Shown here: piece by piece, positions 39,911 through 41,224 of the stretch
Layout of the letters: every line of letters starts with the position of its first letter
How positions within the stretch are numbered: the stretch's first letter is position 1
From: an uncultured Candidatus Peribacteria bacterium
Lineage (GTDB): Bacteria > Patescibacteriota > Gracilibacteria > Peribacterales > Peribacteraceae
Assembly: GCA_964548055.1 (NCBI GenBank)
Contig: CAZJPS010000003.1
Span: forward strand, 1 to 41,224
DNA: 41,224 nt
Direction of reading: 5' to 3'
Translations under genes and position numbers: made by a program
The notes under the pieces: generated by a model
The model's database searches: none
What the model was told of the DNA's origin: nothing
Seen by the model: only the letters and a program-made list of their open reading frames with translations

Positions 39911-40702
39911 ATGCTTCAAAAATATGCCATTCTTTCGGTTATAGCTTTAACCATTTTTTCGCAAGCGGAGCTTGGCTTCGCGTCTGTAGGACGAGTGCAG
40001 AAGGTCTCGAGTACATCCTCTTCTTCCGTAAAGAGTGTTTTGAGTGCGCGTAAAAAGCTTGTGAAGCGACCCACAAGAACTCTGCGCGCGGCAAGCTCAT
40101 CAAAGAGCGTGTCTTCGCGCGTGAGTTCCCGATCATCTTCCTCTTTGTCCGCTTCATCCTCTATTTCTAAGCAATCTGTATCATCTGACATATCTGTGGT
40201 GACTGAAAAAAATAGTCCTATCATTAAAAATGCAGGAGAAGCGAATGGCATTTTGCACCCTTTTAATGACGTCCGCATTGCTGCATTTACCTATACCGTC
40301 TACAAGGCAAATAGTACTGATACCTATAGTTCGAGCAAGCTACTCGGGTTCCCGCATGGTTACTGGTATGTCGCTGGTAAGACGATATCAATCAATAATG
40401 TTCGTATGCGCGTTATTGGGAACAGCGATAAGGCAAACTGTGTTGTGGAATCTGGTCTGATTGGTTGCGACCCACCTGAGGGATTTTTACCAGGCTCTCC
40501 TTCCTCTTTTACGGTGGAGTTGATTGCAGATGTGAGCAAGAAAGGTGCTGCTTCCGAAACACTGACAGTCTTCGCTCAGAAAACAGATCTGACGGATGAG
40601 CAGCGAAAAATGCTGAATGCTTCGGCGGCGCAGAATCCAGCTGCAGATCCGCAACAATCAGCATCCTTCATTCCGTCAACTGTCTGGACAGTGCAGCAGT
40701 AG
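39911..40702 (+). CDS. secreted Ser-rich hypothetical protein
   Basis: I trimmed the track ORF to ATG 39911: MLQKYAILSVIALTIFSQAELGFA, which looks like a signal peptide. A Ser/Lys/Arg-rich region follows, then about 150 aa of globular sequence. Confidence 0.55.
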   Translation: MLQKYAILSVIALTIFSQAELGFASVGRVQKVSSTSSSSVKSVLSARKKLVKRPTRTLRAASSSKSVSSRVSSRSSSSLSASSSISKQSVSSDISVVTEKNSPIIKNAGEANGILHPFNDVRIAAFTYTVYKANSTDTYSSSKLLGFPHGYWYVAGKTISINNVRMRVIGNSDKANCVVESGLIGCDPPEGFLPGSPSSFTVELIADVSKKGAASETLTVFAQKTDLTDEQRKMLNASAAQNPAADPQQSASFIPSTVWTVQQ

Positions 40703-40761
40703 GAATATTGTTGAATACGTAGGTTCATCTGATTGCTGACGAAGATTCTTGTACGAGAACT

Positions 40762-41049
40762 TTAATGTCCGTCTTGCCATCTCCAAAAGCCTCTAATACC
40801 CGCAAAAAGTAATACTCCGAGGCAAAAATTTACGATGAGATAGAAAACTATTTGCATGACAGTTGATTGGCCAAAAGCCATTGGCATCATTAAACTTGCT
40901 GGCAAATTTGCCACAGCAGTGAAAAACCCACACATTCCTCCCACTTGAAAATGGCACATTAGGGCAAATTCAAAGAGAAAAATAACGATGAAATATACAT
41001 CTCCTACAATCCCACCAATAAGCCAGACCGGTAATTTTTTGCGAGGCAT
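40762..41049 (-). CDS. small hypothetical membrane protein
   Basis: 95 aa with an ATG start and three hydrophobic segments. I recognise no family. Confidence 0.45.
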   Translation of the reverse strand: MPRKKLPVWLIGGIVGDVYFIVIFLFEFALMCHFQVGGMCGFFTAVANLPASLMMPMAFGQSTVMQIVFYLIVNFCLGVLLFAGIRGFWRWQDGH

Positions 41050-41121
41050 GTGAACAATTCTATCATGTCACTGTGGTGGTTTACCATGAGCGAGCCTCCC
41101 ACGTAGCGGTGGCGAGTCGAA

Positions 41122-41207
41122 TGGTGCCGAGGAGAGGACTTGAACCTCCATGGGATTGCTCCCGCCAGCTCCTAAGGCTGGTGCGTCTGCCATTTCGCCA
41201 CCTCGGC
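41122..41207 (-). tRNA. tRNA-Leu (anticodon UAG), long variable arm, CCA encoded
   Basis: The reverse complement reads GCCGAGG TG GCG AAATGGCAGA CGC A CCAGC CTTAGGA GCTGG CGGGAGCAATCCCATG GGAGG TTCAAGT CCTCT CCTCGGC A CCA. This is a class II tRNA with a TAG anticodon. Confidence 0.9.
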
Positions 41208-41224
41208 AATTACTTCAGTGATCT

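Overview
This is a 41.2-kb bacterial chromosomal window, gene-dense, with short or overlapping gene junctions. The reduced, secretin-less pilus gene set and the disordered basic protein extensions suggest a CPR/Patescibacteria-like organism, but that is inference and I ran no search.

I support about 37 CDS, two tRNAs (Thr-UGU and Leu-UAG, both with encoded CCA) and an RNase P RNA.

Main blocks:
(i) 1-3.2 kb: polyprenyl-phosphate sugar transferase, a secreted DKNYY-repeat protein and tRNA-Thr.
(ii) 3.45-3.87 kb: rnpB.
(iii) 3.9-15.5 kb: one collinear minus-strand type IV pilus/pseudopilus cluster. In transcription order it is a stand-alone receiver, PilB ATPase, PilC platform, four minor pseudopilins, the major pilin, then a PAS histidine kinase. 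The prepilin peptidase lies separately at 18.7-19.4 kb.
(iv) Housekeeping genes: purH, recR, smpB, RNase J, pyrC-pyrB, dnaN, mfd and mscL.
(v) Envelope and glycan genes: MOP flippase, an FN3-like anchored protein, a ComEC-type MBL protein and a sugar nucleotidyltransferase.
(vi) 32.5-32.9 kb: a DnaA-box cluster directly upstream of dnaN, which is a candidate oriC, with no dnaA gene next to it.

The most unusual signal is not a gene. A family of palindromic elements built from stop-free heptamers (GTGGAAA/GTTGAAA and complement) occurs five times. Three of those copies are read in frame inside purH and pyrC.

More generally, most of the intergenic spacers I examined carry an imperfect palindrome whose arms are tandem arrays of a short unit specific to that locus. 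One 26-nt hairpin is present both inside rnpB and about 145 nt upstream of it.

Everything was read by eye. No alignments, folding or database searches were run.
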